A stretch of 64,000 nucleotides of DNA from Eledone cirrhosa (GCA_964016885.1 OZ024746.1:2542001-2606000); one strand, 5' to 3'. Shown: positions 37,257-50,200, counted from the stretch's first letter. The notes: generated by a model from the letters alone, not told the origin. Numbers and translations: made by a program.

Positions 37257-38014
37257 TTATTATGTGAATATCTTCATTTGTTATTATTTTGAATAATATT
37301 AAAACTCCAGGAATATTTTACTGTAGAGTGCTTTTAATCTATTGTAAAACTGTATTCATTGCGTAATCAATGAACCATATTAATCTTTGGTCATATATAT
37401 ATTGGCTGGTCTAGTGATGGGCTTTCTCATTTTTATATGTATTCAAATGCAACTTCGTCCCACCCTTGCAAGCAGGGAAGAGCGGACGTAAAACTGATGA
37501 TGATATATATGTATATATATATATATATATATACGAGATAGGGTGTGGTAAAAAACCAGGTGGACTATAATCCACAAGAGTACTCGATACTTGGGGTAGT
37601 AGAGTGGGTCTGGAATCTTTTCATTTATATATTGTTGGGATGCCATCTTGGACACTTTTAAACCTGGTGCAGGCCATCACTCTCCAGACCTGAACATAGC
37701 TGATTTCTTAGAGAGAGCGTGGAGATACAGAGAAAGAATCGACATCAATACTGGACTGGTTTTATATTTATCAACCTTGAAAGGATGAAAGGCAAAGCTG
37801 AGCTCAGAGTGAAGAGAATCAGAATGAATACAGTATAGCCAATTTGCTGCATATATATTTGAGAGAGGGTGAGAGAGAAGGGCGAGGGAGAGAGAGGGGG
37901 CGTGAGACATACACCCATAAATACATTCATGCATATAAATGCAGAAACACATTGACACAAATGCACACACACACAGAAAAATGGGCGTAAAAAATGATGA
38001 CGTCGGTGTGTGTG

Positions 38015-38137
38015 CATGTGTATACACACATACACACATATATATATATATATACACACACACATATATATATATATGTATACACACACACATATATATA
38101 TATATGTATACACACACACATATATATATATATGTAT

Positions 38138-38193
<56 letters not shown>

Positions 38194-38261
38194 ACACACA
38201 CACATATATATATATACATATGTATACACACACACATATATATATATATGTGTGTGTATAG

Positions 38262-38305
<44 letters not shown>

Positions 38306-38335
38306 ATACACACACACATATATATATATATATAG
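38015..38335. repeat. Compound (CA)n(TA)n microsatellite
   Basis: Direct observation. Confidence 0.95.
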
Positions 38336-38753
38336 ATGCATTGAAAGTAAGAAATCTCACCTACAATGATGGCTGAACATTCTCAAAAGTGATGTTAAGT
38401 TGGACAATAAATCTTAATATTTTGTGGATATTTAAACACATTTTAACAATTGATTTATAGAGCTAAACTGTAAGTTAGGTTCATAGTTAGGCATCTATAG
38501 ATTTTCTTAGATTGCTTCTATATGAACATTTTTTGTATTATCTCATGGAGAAAAATGATTCTTGACTTGTCTTTTCTTTTCTTTTCTATTGGAATATTAC
38601 ATGGAATAACAATCAGTTTACAACCATGACAGATTCCATTCTTTGCAACATCTCATATTTCCTAGACAAATTTCATATATTCTACCATTTAACAGTAAAT
38701 GGTTCTCCAAATAATGCATGCTAAATTATTTCTATTTTTATATTTCATTCTTC

Positions 38754-39597
38754 AAATGAGAAAACTGATCGCTAGAACAGCTGTTAAAACAGCTAGGTGC
38801 TGTCACCTTGTAGATTGTCTCTCTGTTGACCACTGGCTGCTGGCCTCTGTCCCCTGAGACATATTTCATCTACCCGTCACCCACCTTGTAGATTGTCTCT
38901 CTGTTGACCACTGGCTGCTGGCCTCTGTCCACTGAGGCATATTTCATCTACCTGTCCCCACCTTGTAGATTGTCTCTCTGTTGACCACTGGCTGCTGGTC
39001 TCTGTCCCCTGAGACATATCATCTACCTGTCCCACCTTGTAGATTGTCTCTGTTGACCACTGGCTGCTGGTCTCTGTCCCCTGAGACATATCATCTACCT
39101 GTCACCCACTTTGTGGATTGTCTCTCTGTTGACCACTGGCTGCTGGCCTCTGTCCCCTGAGACATATCATCTACCTGTCCCACCTTGTAGATTGTCTCTC
39201 TGTTGATCACTGGCTGCTGGCTTCTGAGACATATCATCTACCTGTCACCCACCTTGTGGATTGTCTCTCTGTTGACCACTGGCTGCTGGCCTCTGTCCTC
39301 TGAGACATATCTACCTGTCCCACCTTGTAGATTATCGCTCTGTTGACCACTGGCTGCTGGTCTCTGTCTTCTGAGACATATTTCATCTACCTGTCCCCAC
39401 CTTGTAGATTATCTCTCTGTTGAGCACTGGCTGCTGGTCTCTGTCCTCTGAGACATATCATTTACCTGTCACTCACCTTGTGGATTGTCTCTCTGTTGAC
39501 CACTGCTGTCTTTGCCCATTGCTGTCTTTGACAAGGAGAAGTGCACTGTTTCAACTAGCTGTTTTAATGGCTGTTCTAGTGATGATGTTTCTCATTT
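38754..39597. mobile_element. Inverted-repeat-bounded element containing a ~70-75-bp tandem array (about 10 units, 38803-39506)
   Basis: AAATGAGAAA...CTAGAACAGCTGTTAAAACAGCTAG (38754-38796) is inverted at 39555-39597. Confidence 0.7.
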
Positions 39598-41181
39598 TAT
39601 AAGTATTCAAATACTCTCACTTCATCTCGATCAGAGACAACATTGTTTTAACTTTATCCTATCTATGATTAACTTTCTATTTAGGACAGACACCACAGCT
39701 TGAAGTTCACTATCCCATTATTTTATTTTATTTGTTTTCTTTCATCCTTTCGTAGGAAAACATGCTTTTCACTGCATTAGTTCCCCACCCAAGAGTAGCG
39801 ATCAATAAAGTGGTAGCAAAAGAGAGAACCAATGGCCTCTCATAGAAAACTGCTGAATACTTCTTTTGTAGAAAGAAAAAGAGAGATCAACAAATGATGG
39901 GGAGTGCTACTTGAAATATTGGACATAGTAAGATGGTTAGTGCATCTGTAGACAGGATCTGGTTCTGGTTATTGGTGTAGAGTTATTATGAAGGTTATTG
40001 GTGTTGAGTTAGGACAAATACACATAGGCTTTTTTTTAATGGTTGACACAGACAGCATTCTTCTTTTCATTTATGTTTAAAATGAATTGCTTAGTTGTCC
40101 TTTTGAGTACTTGGTAGGGTATAGAGTATGATGGTTGAAATCCAAGCAGAGAGATTTGAACTATAGTTCCACCAGTTGGTGAAATAAATCATATGACCAC
40201 ATATAAATAATATATATTTTCGAAATGTTACTTGTAGTGACGGTACAGGACTAAATAATGTCCTTGATTAAGCAGTTTTTTTCTCAAGGGACAAGTTCTA
40301 TTTGTTCTACAATTACAGTTATTTTGGTTGTTTACTTGCTGGTTTGAAGGGTGTGTAGATGCCTGGTTGTTAGGAAGAGTATTAGGATAATGATGACTAT
40401 TATTCCTATTGCTATTAATATCATCATCATCATCATCATTTTACGTCCGCTTTTCCCTATGCGTATGTTCCTCATATGAAATCCAATATTTAGTTACATC
40501 TTATATGAAGAAAAATATATTACAATCCTTTGACCAGGTAATGTTTTTATATTCTTTATTTTTTCCAAAAGAAATCCTCTAATTTATCAGTAAGTATATA
40601 TATATATATATATTTATATATAGAAAGAGAGAGAGAAATTTGCTATTGAAGTGGATATATTTGTCCATTATAGAAAAAATGCTTTATTTAATCTCATCTC
40701 TGCATTTTTTAGTTGTGAAAACATTGAAAAATAGTCTTCAATATATCAATTTAGATAAAATATTATCAAATATCAGTTATCGCATACAAAAATTCATTTT
40801 AGCTATCAAATATTTCATTTATTGTAGAAATTCGCTTATTTAAATAATCATAATATGTATGGAATATTAAGTGTCTCTAAGGAAAATTATATTTCAACCA
40901 TTTATCCATTCCAATAATATTTTTTGTAATCAAATTTCTCCATTATTATAGCAAACAAAACGATTCCCAAACTTATCAGTTGATATGAAATGGTTTATTA
41001 AATATTAAATATCTCATAGAGCAATTTGTCTACACAAAAGAATATCTGTATAAAATATCTTTCTATTGTAAATCCCTGCACTTTCTGCTCATCTGCTGCC
41101 ATTATTCCCTTCTAACAGGACGAGGTGGATAGCAGAAAATAAGAAAAAAAGAAAATTTATTCTGAATTGAAGCGAACGGCA

Positions 41182-41706
41182 GTTGTTACTATTTTGAGTG
41201 TGGTGGAGGTGGTGTTACTACTATTTTGAGTGTGGTGGTGGTGGTACTACTATTTTGAGTGTGGTGGTGGTGTTACTACTGTTTTGAGTGTGGTGGTGGT
41301 GGTGGTACTACTATTTTGAGTGTGGTGGAGGTGGTGTTACTACTGTTTTGAGTGTGGTGGTGGTGGTGTTACTACTGTTTTGAGTGTGGTGGTGGTGGTG
41401 GTGTTACTACTGTTTTGAGTGTGGTGGTGGTGTTACTATATTGAGTGTGGTGGTGGTGGTGGTGTTACTACTATTTTGAGTGTGGTGGTGGTGGTGTTAC
41501 TACTGTTTTGAGTGTGGTGGTGGTGTTACTATATTGAGTGTGGTGGTGGTGGTGTTACTACTATTTTGAGTGTGGTGGTGGTGGTGTTACTACTATTTTG
41601 AGTGTGGTGGTGGTGGTGTTACTACTGTTTTGAGTGTGGTGGTGGTGTTACTATATTGAGTGTGGTGGTGGTGGTGGTGTTACTACTATTTTGAGTGTGG
41701 TGGTGT
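41182..41706. repeat. ~30-36-bp minisatellite GTTACTACTRTTTTGAGTGT(GGT)n
   Basis: Direct tandem repeat, about 16 units. Confidence 0.95.
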
Positions 41707-41841
41707 TTTGCACCTGATTAACCCTTCATGAAAGTGTTGATCTTCAGTTGGTCTTCGATGAACATTTTGTTGTTTGATCAACTAAACATCCTGTTCATTA
41801 AAGTGATTTGCTTTAATTTTATACCTACATAATTCCACTTA

Positions 41842-42135
41842 CTCCCAGGTCCCAAACAATAGGGGGATTGGAATAAGCAGGGTATGGGGGTGATAAATCG
41901 ATAATCTTTCTAGGTTGTTTCTGTTGATTTAAAAAAACCCCAGAATTAGTCAGTTTACGTATTGAGACCCTAACCCATCCTATTTATGTTATAACATATG
42001 GGATTTCTAGTAATGTATTTTTTTGTCATGTATAATGTTTTTAATGTCTAAAGAAAATTAATTGTTGCAGGAATGCTACCACTTAAAACAAAATTTCGCT
42101 GGAGATAGATTAGAAAAATTTAATAAGTTAGGGAG
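41842..42135 (+). mobile_element. Tc1/mariner-like MITE, copy 3, truncated at the right end
   Basis: TA|CTCCCAGGTCCCAAACAATAGG start. Body matches 10713-11090. Confidence 0.7.
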
Positions 42136-42816
42136 TAGAAACATGAATCAAGCTGGGATTATGGTAAAATACACTTGCCTAAGTGGAACCAAACCCAGAA
42201 CTTTATGACTAAAACAAACTTCATAACCACTCCGTCATTCTGACCAAGTAGATATATGATCAAACACTATTTCAACCATGACAATCCCATCAGTCTTTTC
42301 AGAGTTTTGTGTAGTTGAATAACATTTTTTCTTTAATAAAGTGTGATTTGAAGGACATTTAGTTGCTATTTCTAGCAGGTTGAACAATGGAAGGATGGAT
42401 CTCTTGATAGCTTATTAGTCTTGGTGTTATTGTCATTCCAAAAAAGTCTCATTTCATTCAGTTTGATGTTGGAGACTGATACACTTTAGATGAAACTCAA
42501 GTTATAAAGATATTAGATGTCCAGTAAAAAAGTTTCAGCTAATTTATACATTCAGAGTTCTAGCCATTGTCATTCCATTTTTATTGTCTGTCAGAAATTA
42601 AAAATGTTTTCTAAACTTTAAAAAAATTTGGAGTCCACTGCTTAACTTAAGTTTCATTGTGTTGATCTCCCGACAGGTCACTTGTCTATGGCTGATAACA
42701 TTCACAGAGAAAAATGCCTTGGTCATAGATACACAGATTGCTACATATAAATACCAAATTTGAATAACTTGTTGGCACCCTATTGATTTGGGCAAGTGTA
42801 CTCTCATATTTCATAT

Positions 42817-43001
42817 TTGTTTCTACTTTAGGCACAAGGCCAGCAATTACCCAGTGCATTACTGGTACTTTATTTTATCGACCCCGTAAGGATGAAAGGC
42901 AAAGTCAACCTCGGCGGGATTTGAACTCAGATCGTAAAGGGACGTAACTATGCTGGAAAGCATGGCGTCCGACCCTCTACCGATACTGCCAATCCACCGC
43001 C
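42817..43001 (-). mobile_element. tRNA-derived SINE with a 12-bp TSD
   Basis: TSD ATATTTCATATT (42806-42817 and 43005-43016). Confidence 0.92.
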
Positions 43002-43270
43002 CTTATATTTCATATTAAAACAGAGAATGTCTTTGTCTGTGCAATCACTAAAACTCGAGAACCACCCAACCGATTGTTTTCAAACTTTACACATGTAATA
43101 CCTATGGTCCTGTGAGTGTTTTGAGCAAAATGTATTTCAAATTTTCAATGCCCTAGGGACCGCATTAGGCGATCTCTTTCTCTCTTAGTCTTTCTCTTTT
43201 TAGATAGCTACAACGTTGCGCCCTTATAATATCTGTCTGTATGCCTGGCTGTCTGCATTGCGTTATTATG

Positions 43271-43353
<83 letters not shown>

Positions 43354-43837
43354 CAATCTATAAAGCTCAGTGTGTGGTCATGCTCCTTTCTTATAGAAAT
43401 CTACGATATAGAATTTCTTCAATTGAAATTTACAATTCAGTATTCGAAATAGCTTCGATTGCGTCTTGGCACAGATAATCTTTTCAATTTCACCCACAAT
43501 TACGCAAAAAATAGATAAAACTCAATATTTTACGATTTTTCTCTGTCATTTAAACTGCTAAACTCTTTCCACTACCATTCAAAATCTATACAACCTCATA
43601 CTTTCTGCTACTTTCTCTTTCCAAGCTTGATGGTGATACTGTCCGTTTTACTCTCTCATATCATCTGCTATCCTCTAACTACAACCCACACATTTTGCTA
43701 CTTTCTCTTTTATCCAGATACATTTATTCAACAACAAGCGATAAATCTTTTTTAAAACCTTTTCCAAACGCATACAAACACACACTCACTTCAACAACAA
43801 CAACAACAACAATCTGCCTTTTATAGATAATAAACAA

Positions 43838-44193
43838 TATCCTCTATGAGGTCACTAAACCTGCTAGAAACAGCAGCTAACTCTCCCCCATACCCCCCCC
43901 CCAATGTCTTAAATTTAGAAAACATATCTTCTATGAGGTCACTAAAGCTGCTAGAAACAGCAGCTAACTCTCCCCCATATCACACCCATCCCTACTGTCT
44001 TAAATTTAGAAAACATATCCTCTATGAGGTTACTAAACCTGCTAGAAACAGCATCTAACTCTCCCCCATATCACACCACTCCCTACTGTCTTAAATTTAG
44101 AAAACATCCTCTATGAGGTCACTAAACCTGCTAGAAACAACAGCTAACTCTCCCTCATATCACAACCCTCCCTACTGTCTTAAATTTAGAAAA
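43838..44193. repeat. ~87-90-bp tandem array, 4 units, derived from a dispersed repeat
   Basis: The unit CTGCTAGAAACAGCAGCTAACTCTCCCCCATATCACACC matches dispersed copies near 2350, 11445-11480, 30700, 36735 and 42340-42380. Confidence 0.85.
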
Positions 44194-44950
44194 CACACAG
44201 ACAACCATGCAGAACAACTCCATCGCAGCTCTGTTGTTCGGCTGGCATCGTCTACGCGCGTGTTGCGCAAGTACTGTGAAACAATAAATTTCAACACTTT
44301 TTTGCACAGAGATAATATCCATAGGCGAAACTACAATTGTCACTGCTGGCGAAGCTCCTGCTTCCAGGTCTGCAATTCATTCACCCAGTGCCTGGCAGAC
44401 AAAAAAGTGCTGCCATAAAATGGGTGGTGCAACCTAACTTTGGTAACTTAATGACCCCGAGCAACGCCGGGCTTTAATGCTAGTATATTATATATATATT
44501 GTTATGCTTTGGGAGGGTCATGTTGCCAATAAGAAACACACGCACCTGTTACTTTCACCCCAATTTATTATAAATTAAATTTATAAATTTCCGGTTGGCT
44601 GGTTGGTTGGTTGGTTCCATAACCGGACGGTTGTTCATATATTGTCAAAGTTCTTTCATCACACATTCTGTGACCTCTTCAGTGACTGGGGATTCTTTTC
44701 AGAAACGAAATATATATATATATATATATATGTGTAATATAAGTATGTATACGTACATACATATATGTATACAGACGTACAGTAGTATGTATATATATAT
44801 ATATACATACATGCACACATATATATATGTACGTACGGATTCACCGAACATTTATTATAATGCTCGGTGTGTTTGTAAACAAACATCCCGAAATAAGCCG
44901 TACAGTGTCTCGCAACCATCGTTGCTCATTTGTTCAACACCGACAAATGA

Positions 44951-44993
44951 ACGCTGTACTAGTTTCAAGCTTATTAGCTATCGTCAGCAACGT
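44951..44993 (-). ncRNA. Minimal type I hammerhead ribozyme motif
   Basis: Minus strand ACGTTG CUGACGA t-AGCT-aata-AGCT-t GAAA ctag UA CAGCGT. 6-bp stem I, palindromic ACTAGT stem III, GUA triplet. Confidence 0.85.
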
Positions 44994-45041
44994 ATACCTT
45001 CCTGCCAGATGGTTGAATGTCTGAAAGTATATATGTCTGAA

Positions 45042-45091
45042 AATATATACTTTCCTTATGCATATTAACGCCTGAGCAGCCTAATTTGCAT
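45042..45091 (-). promoter_or_regulatory. Octamer (ATGCAAAT) plus TATA-like AAAGTATATATT upstream of a hammerhead
   Basis: Same architecture as 4106-4156. Confidence 0.45.
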
Positions 45092-45151
45092 ATCGAGTGA
45101 GTTAATCGGCCGGGGTACCGAAAACGATAAATGGCAAAAATGAAACGAAAT

Positions 45152-45191
45152 TTGCTGACGATAGCTAATAAGCTTGAAACTAGTACAGCGT
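45152..45191 (+). ncRNA. Hammerhead motif, inverted copy with truncated stem I
   Basis: Identical core to 44951-44993. Only TTG/CAG of stem I remains because the inversion junction falls inside it. Confidence 0.65.
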
Positions 45192-45591
45192 TCCTTTGTC
45201 AGTGTTGAACAAATGAGCAACGATGGTTGCTAGACACTGTACGGCTTAATTCGGGGTGTTTGTTTACAAACACACCGAGCATTATAATAAATGTTCGGTG
45301 AATCCATACGTACATATATACATGTGTGGATGTATGTATATATATATACATACTACTGTACGTCTGTATACATATATGTATGTACGTATACATACTTATA
45401 TTTAAGTAACAGCCGTACTAAGAGTGAGAAATGAAATTTCGTTTCATTTTTTCCGTATATATATATATATATATATAGTGTGTAACGTTTTTCGAAATAT
45501 TTTCTTCTGCGTTCATAGATTTATTGTTTTAGTTTCAGAATATCCCGTTAAGGATGAAAGCAGCGATTCTTTGCTTAAACTTAATCTGTTA

Positions 45592-45638
<47 letters not shown>

Positions 45639-45689
45639 TCGTGTACAGATGTTTTTGCATACACAATAACAAAATATAAACAAACGTAT

Positions 45690-45778
45690 TTACTTCACGA
45701 GGCTCGAGAAGGATAAATATATATCAAATATATAAGAACCTTAGAGCAAATCTCGAGCAACGCCCGGCCAATCTGCTA

Positions 45779-45779
<1 letters not shown>
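45690..45779 (+). mobile_element. Second Helitron 3' terminus
   Basis: CTCGAGCAACGCCCGGCC...CTAG|T, homologous to 44456-44483. Confidence 0.65.
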
Positions 45780-45847
<68 letters not shown>

Positions 45848-45849
<2 letters not shown>

Positions 45850-46215
45850 ACGTTAAAGAAGTTATCACTATATGTTGGTAAAATGGTATTTGTGTGGAAT
45901 GAATATGTAAACAATAGTGAAAGAACAGCTTACCAGAAAATTTTCTTATCGTGGTTAATGGAGTTAAGTAATATAATTTTCCAGGTGTTAAATATTCGAG
46001 TATGGTACAAAGTACCAAGAATTCATAGAATAATTTAGTATAAAATATTTTATTAGGAATAACAGGCAAGGAGTGATGAGAAATTTAAAGATTGATCTAT
46101 TTGATTAAATAATCTAACACATGTTTCATTACCGATATTATAATCATATATGAGAGCTGTATAAGAGTATTTTTTCTATTCTATAAATGCCCCCTATCAG
46201 GTAGATGCGTGAATA
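45848..46215 (-). mobile_element. Penelope-like tail with a degenerate hammerhead (about 46111-46206)
   Basis: Minus strand ATCTAC CTGATAG ... GAAA-catg-TG TTAGAT. Ends in (TA)n. Confidence 0.45.
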
Positions 46216-46595
46216 ACAACATCGTATACCAGTGCAAAATTACAAGCCTAGAAATATACAAATATGTGGGGGCCACAACTAACTTTTTAAGAAAAGATAT
46301 AAACACATCCACTCTTATTACTATTGCAAAGTCATTGCAAAACAATCGTTAAAAATACCCTATTTCACCAAGGAGAATTTCCATTTAATATTTTAACTCT
46401 TTCAAAAATTGGCTCAGGTTTCTCTTTTATTCATTTATCTGCAATTAGTAGGATGACAAATTGCAGAAAGACAGTTTATTATTTCATAAAATACTGAAAT
46501 ATTGTTCAGGCTTAGAGAGAGGGGAAAACAAAAGATGAGAGAACAAAAGATAAAAAAAAAAAAACATATAGAGAAAGTAGTACATTAGATAATAA

Positions 46596-46725
46596 TTGTT
46601 TCTACTTTTGGCACAAGGCCAGCAATTATCCCAGTGCATTACCGGTACTCTATTTTATCGACCCCGTAAGGATGAAAGGCAAAATTAACTTTATGCTGCC
46701 GACCCTCTACCGATATTGACAATCA
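46596..46725 (-). mobile_element. tRNA-derived SINE with an internal deletion removing the B box
   Basis: The core joins directly to CCGACCCTCTACCGATA. Confidence 0.85.
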
Positions 46726-46794
46726 ATAATAATGTATTTTATCTCTAGTTTGATATTTCTTTTTATTCTACTTTTCTCCCAGTTTCTACTTTAA

Positions 46795-47002
46795 CCCTTT
46801 AGCATTTACATTACTCTATATTTACTATTGTATTTTTGTGGTAAAGGCTTTACCTCACATAATATCGAATCTATGAGATTTTGATGTTATTTATTTTGAG
46901 AACAATACCTTAACATTAGTATGGGTGGCCAGTTATTACTGATTTGAACAGAAAGAGGTGAGAGAATTCTGGCTGGATATGACCGGTTTAAATGCTAAAG
47001 GG
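46795..47002. mobile_element. piggyBac-like MITE, copy 2
   Basis: TTAA|CCCTTTAGCATTTA ... TAAATGCTAAAGGG|TTAA. Confidence 0.88.
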
Positions 47003-47409
47003 TTAACAAATCCCAGTAAATTAAAATGTGTGTTAGAGAACATCTAAAGCAAACCATTTCTGTTAGTTTTTGTAGGGCGTACATCAGCGAAAACTAAAAA
47101 AAAAAAATCAAAGCAAGAAAAAAACAAACAAAACATGCAATTAAAGAAAAACTCCCACAGAATAAAACAGTATTCAGTGATTAGTGAACATTGGTTATTG
47201 GCTAAAGTACAAGCAAGAGACACACTGATGTACTTTTTAACACTTGACATTATTCTGTTATAGGTGGGAAGGGAGTCAACAGAGACACCTTGACTTGTCA
47301 TGAATATAAAATATCCCACACAAATCTAAATATAAGACACCATATTATAATATATGGTAATGCTGATGTTTATAGGTGCAGAGTATTTTATATACATTGT
47401 TAGAAATTC

Positions 47410-47785
47410 ACACGTACACATGCATATATATACACACTCACACATATATATATATACACACTCACACATATATATATACACACACACATATATATATACA
47501 CACACACACACATATATATATACACACACACACACATATATATATATATACACACACACACATATATATATATATACACACACACACACATATATATATA
47601 TATACACACACACATATATATATATACACACACACACACATATATATATATACACACACACACACACATATATATATACACACACACACACACATATATA
47701 TACACACACACACACACACATATATATATACACACACACACACACATATATATACACACACACACACATATATATACACACACAC

Positions 47786-47816
<31 letters not shown>

Positions 47817-47882
47817 TACATATATATACACACACACACACACACATACATATATATACACACACACACACATATATATATA
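47410..47882. repeat. Compound (TA)n(CA)n microsatellite
   Basis: Direct observation. Confidence 0.95.
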
Positions 47883-49529
47883 GTAAAAAATAAAGGGAAT
47901 TACTTGGTACAGTAAGATGAATTTGAAAAAAGGGAAAATGACTTTACTGGGGTTGATTTCTTTAATAATAATGCTTTCTTTATTTCTTTCTTTAATAATA
48001 ATCCAAATCTTTACAATATTTATATCAATAATAACTTATTTGAATTATTAATGAACACCAGTACACACACACACACATATTTGTCTTAAAAAACTTATTT
48101 TTCAGTGACTTCTCAATCAGGCGAAAAGGGACACTCTTCGACAAACCTACATTTGGCGCAAAATCAATTTTTAACATTCACGTAACCTCTACCGACCAAT
48201 CAAAATTATTTTGACAAGAATTTTTGCAACACGAATTGGCGCGAAATTTATAGTACTCATTCACGTGACATTCAACAACCAACCAAATTTTAATACCTCT
48301 GGAGCCACTTTTTTCTCATAAAACAGGAAGAATTTCCAAAACGGATCAGATTAGAGCAAACATCACGAGCGCTCTATCTCATAATTATTTTTGAAAAGCA
48401 TTAGAAATGCGCAACCGGTAAAAACTTAAAACTAAAACTGAATACTAACTAATACTTATAACTAATTTATACTTATTCCTAATTAAACTATTTTTCACTG
48501 GGAAAAATTTGTCAGCATTTTCTTTTCCTTTTACTAATATATATATATATTTAAAAAGAGCCCTCATAACTAAGACTTGCGATAAACATAACGTATACAT
48601 AAATAGAGAATGTAAAAATCGTTACAAATGCTAACGTGGCAACAGCAAATGAATGCTACAAGAAATCAGTCAGTCGAACTCGCACTGTCGACTTTAGTAT
48701 ATCAATTCCAAATAGGACAAAGACAGTGGAAAGATGGACAGTCCCATCTCCTCAGTCAACTTCCGAAAATCACAACAGTTTCGGTATATTAAAGTTAATA
48801 TCATTTATTCCAGTGCACATTGGAACATAACAAAACAGAGACAAGTTATAGTGAATTACACAAATATAGAAGAAAAAGCAACCCAAGGGCGTCGACTGTC
48901 AAAGAAGGGAGAGAATGGTACACGAGGGTTTAGCCTAAGGATAAAAATATATAGTAAAACAGAAGAGAGTAATAAAGACTATAGTCAACGTGTAGACAAA
49001 GAAGAATGACACTAAGGTGTAGAAAAGGCAAGAAGGGAGAATAGAAGACAGACCAGGCAGTGTGATGTCTATTATATGATAGTTTAACAGCCTGCGTGAC
49101 TAAGACTTTAGAATATAAATTCAAAATAGGGAGAGAAAATGGGGGAAAAAAACAAACAACGGAATAAACTTTTAAAATACATGAAAGGAGAGGGATACAA
49201 AGAGAAATTTCTAATACAGCGTTTTCATAGGCACCTTGGTGTTAATAGGGAGACATTGGGAAAATGTAGGGTTATTTCTAGTTTGCAGATGAGAGGCATG
49301 GGACTTTGAAATTTAACTTTAAGGTAGTAGAAACTTAACGTATTTAAGATAGATAAAAAACAAAACAAAAAAAAAAACGGAAGTTAGTTTCGGAAAGCGT
49401 ATGGTCTGAATTTATTTTAATTTATTCTTAATTCTATTTATTTGCTTGTGATCTAAGTAGATTTGGGTATTTAAAATGTTTTTGCTGTTCTCAAATTGTG
49501 CGGTTGAATGTTTTGGTTTGAGTTTTGTG

Positions 49530-50200
49530 CTTGTATGAAGCAATCCAATGATTTTCAAGTTCCCACATATAATCCAATTGTGCTCCTCATACTGCATCTT
49601 TTCAAGCACGATTTTCATACAGTCATAGTTTTCCTTTTGCTTTACAGAAAGTCTAAAGCGACCAAGACCCATTTGACCTCACAATTACAAAATTAAGTGT
49701 GCATTCAAAATACCAATTTTCATAAGAAATAGTTAAAGGTTCAACAAAACATATGTCACCTGGTTTACAATGATAGTCATAGTAAATCAAGCACAGTGTG
49801 GCTATATCCGAGACAAATGCAGCAAATTCCACAAATATAAGAGATGTTTAATGTCAAGAACCACACAGATATGTTATTTATTAACATTTAATTGTATAAA
49901 GGACATTTCTGTCATCATCACGACATTTGAAAATAGTGAAAATTATTCAAGTTTGATGCTTTTTATTTACTGAAGATATTTAAATCATGACTTTTGTTGT
50001 TGCATTTACTTTAGATGACATTGAAAAACTATATTTCTAAAGTTATGTCAAGCTCCATTCATGGTTTTGCATTTGATGAAGTCAAATCTATCCTTAGAAA
50101 TAGTGACAATAACGGAAATGTTGAAAAATGGACATTTGAGTTTATGAAATTTCGTGACGTGATAGAGCAAAATGGATTTCAATTTTAAAATCACCCCCCA
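49530..50200 (-). pseudogene. Decayed Chapaev/CMC-like DNA transposase remnant
   Basis: KENYDCMKIVLEKMQYEEHNWIICGNLKIIGLL resembles the Y..H.W.ICGDLK motif. TGACGTGATAGAG subterminal-like sequence near 50155. Possible CACTGGG terminus at 48496. Confidence 0.55.

Larger units (their letters stand above)
42801..44483 (+). mobile_element. Non-autonomous Helitron (interrupted by a SINE, a microsatellite and a tandem array)
   Basis: 3' hairpin CCCGAGCAACGCCGGG (44456-44471) followed by CTAG|T. 5' region TCATATTTCATATTAAAA...TGTCTTTGTCTGT. The 5' boundary is uncertain. Confidence 0.7.
44700..45456. mobile_element. Fold-back Penelope-like/retrozyme-like element with divergent hammerheads, bounded by (TA)n
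   Basis: Arms about 44737-44990 and 45152-45403 (about 250 bp each). Third copy at 26866-27112. Confidence 0.8.
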
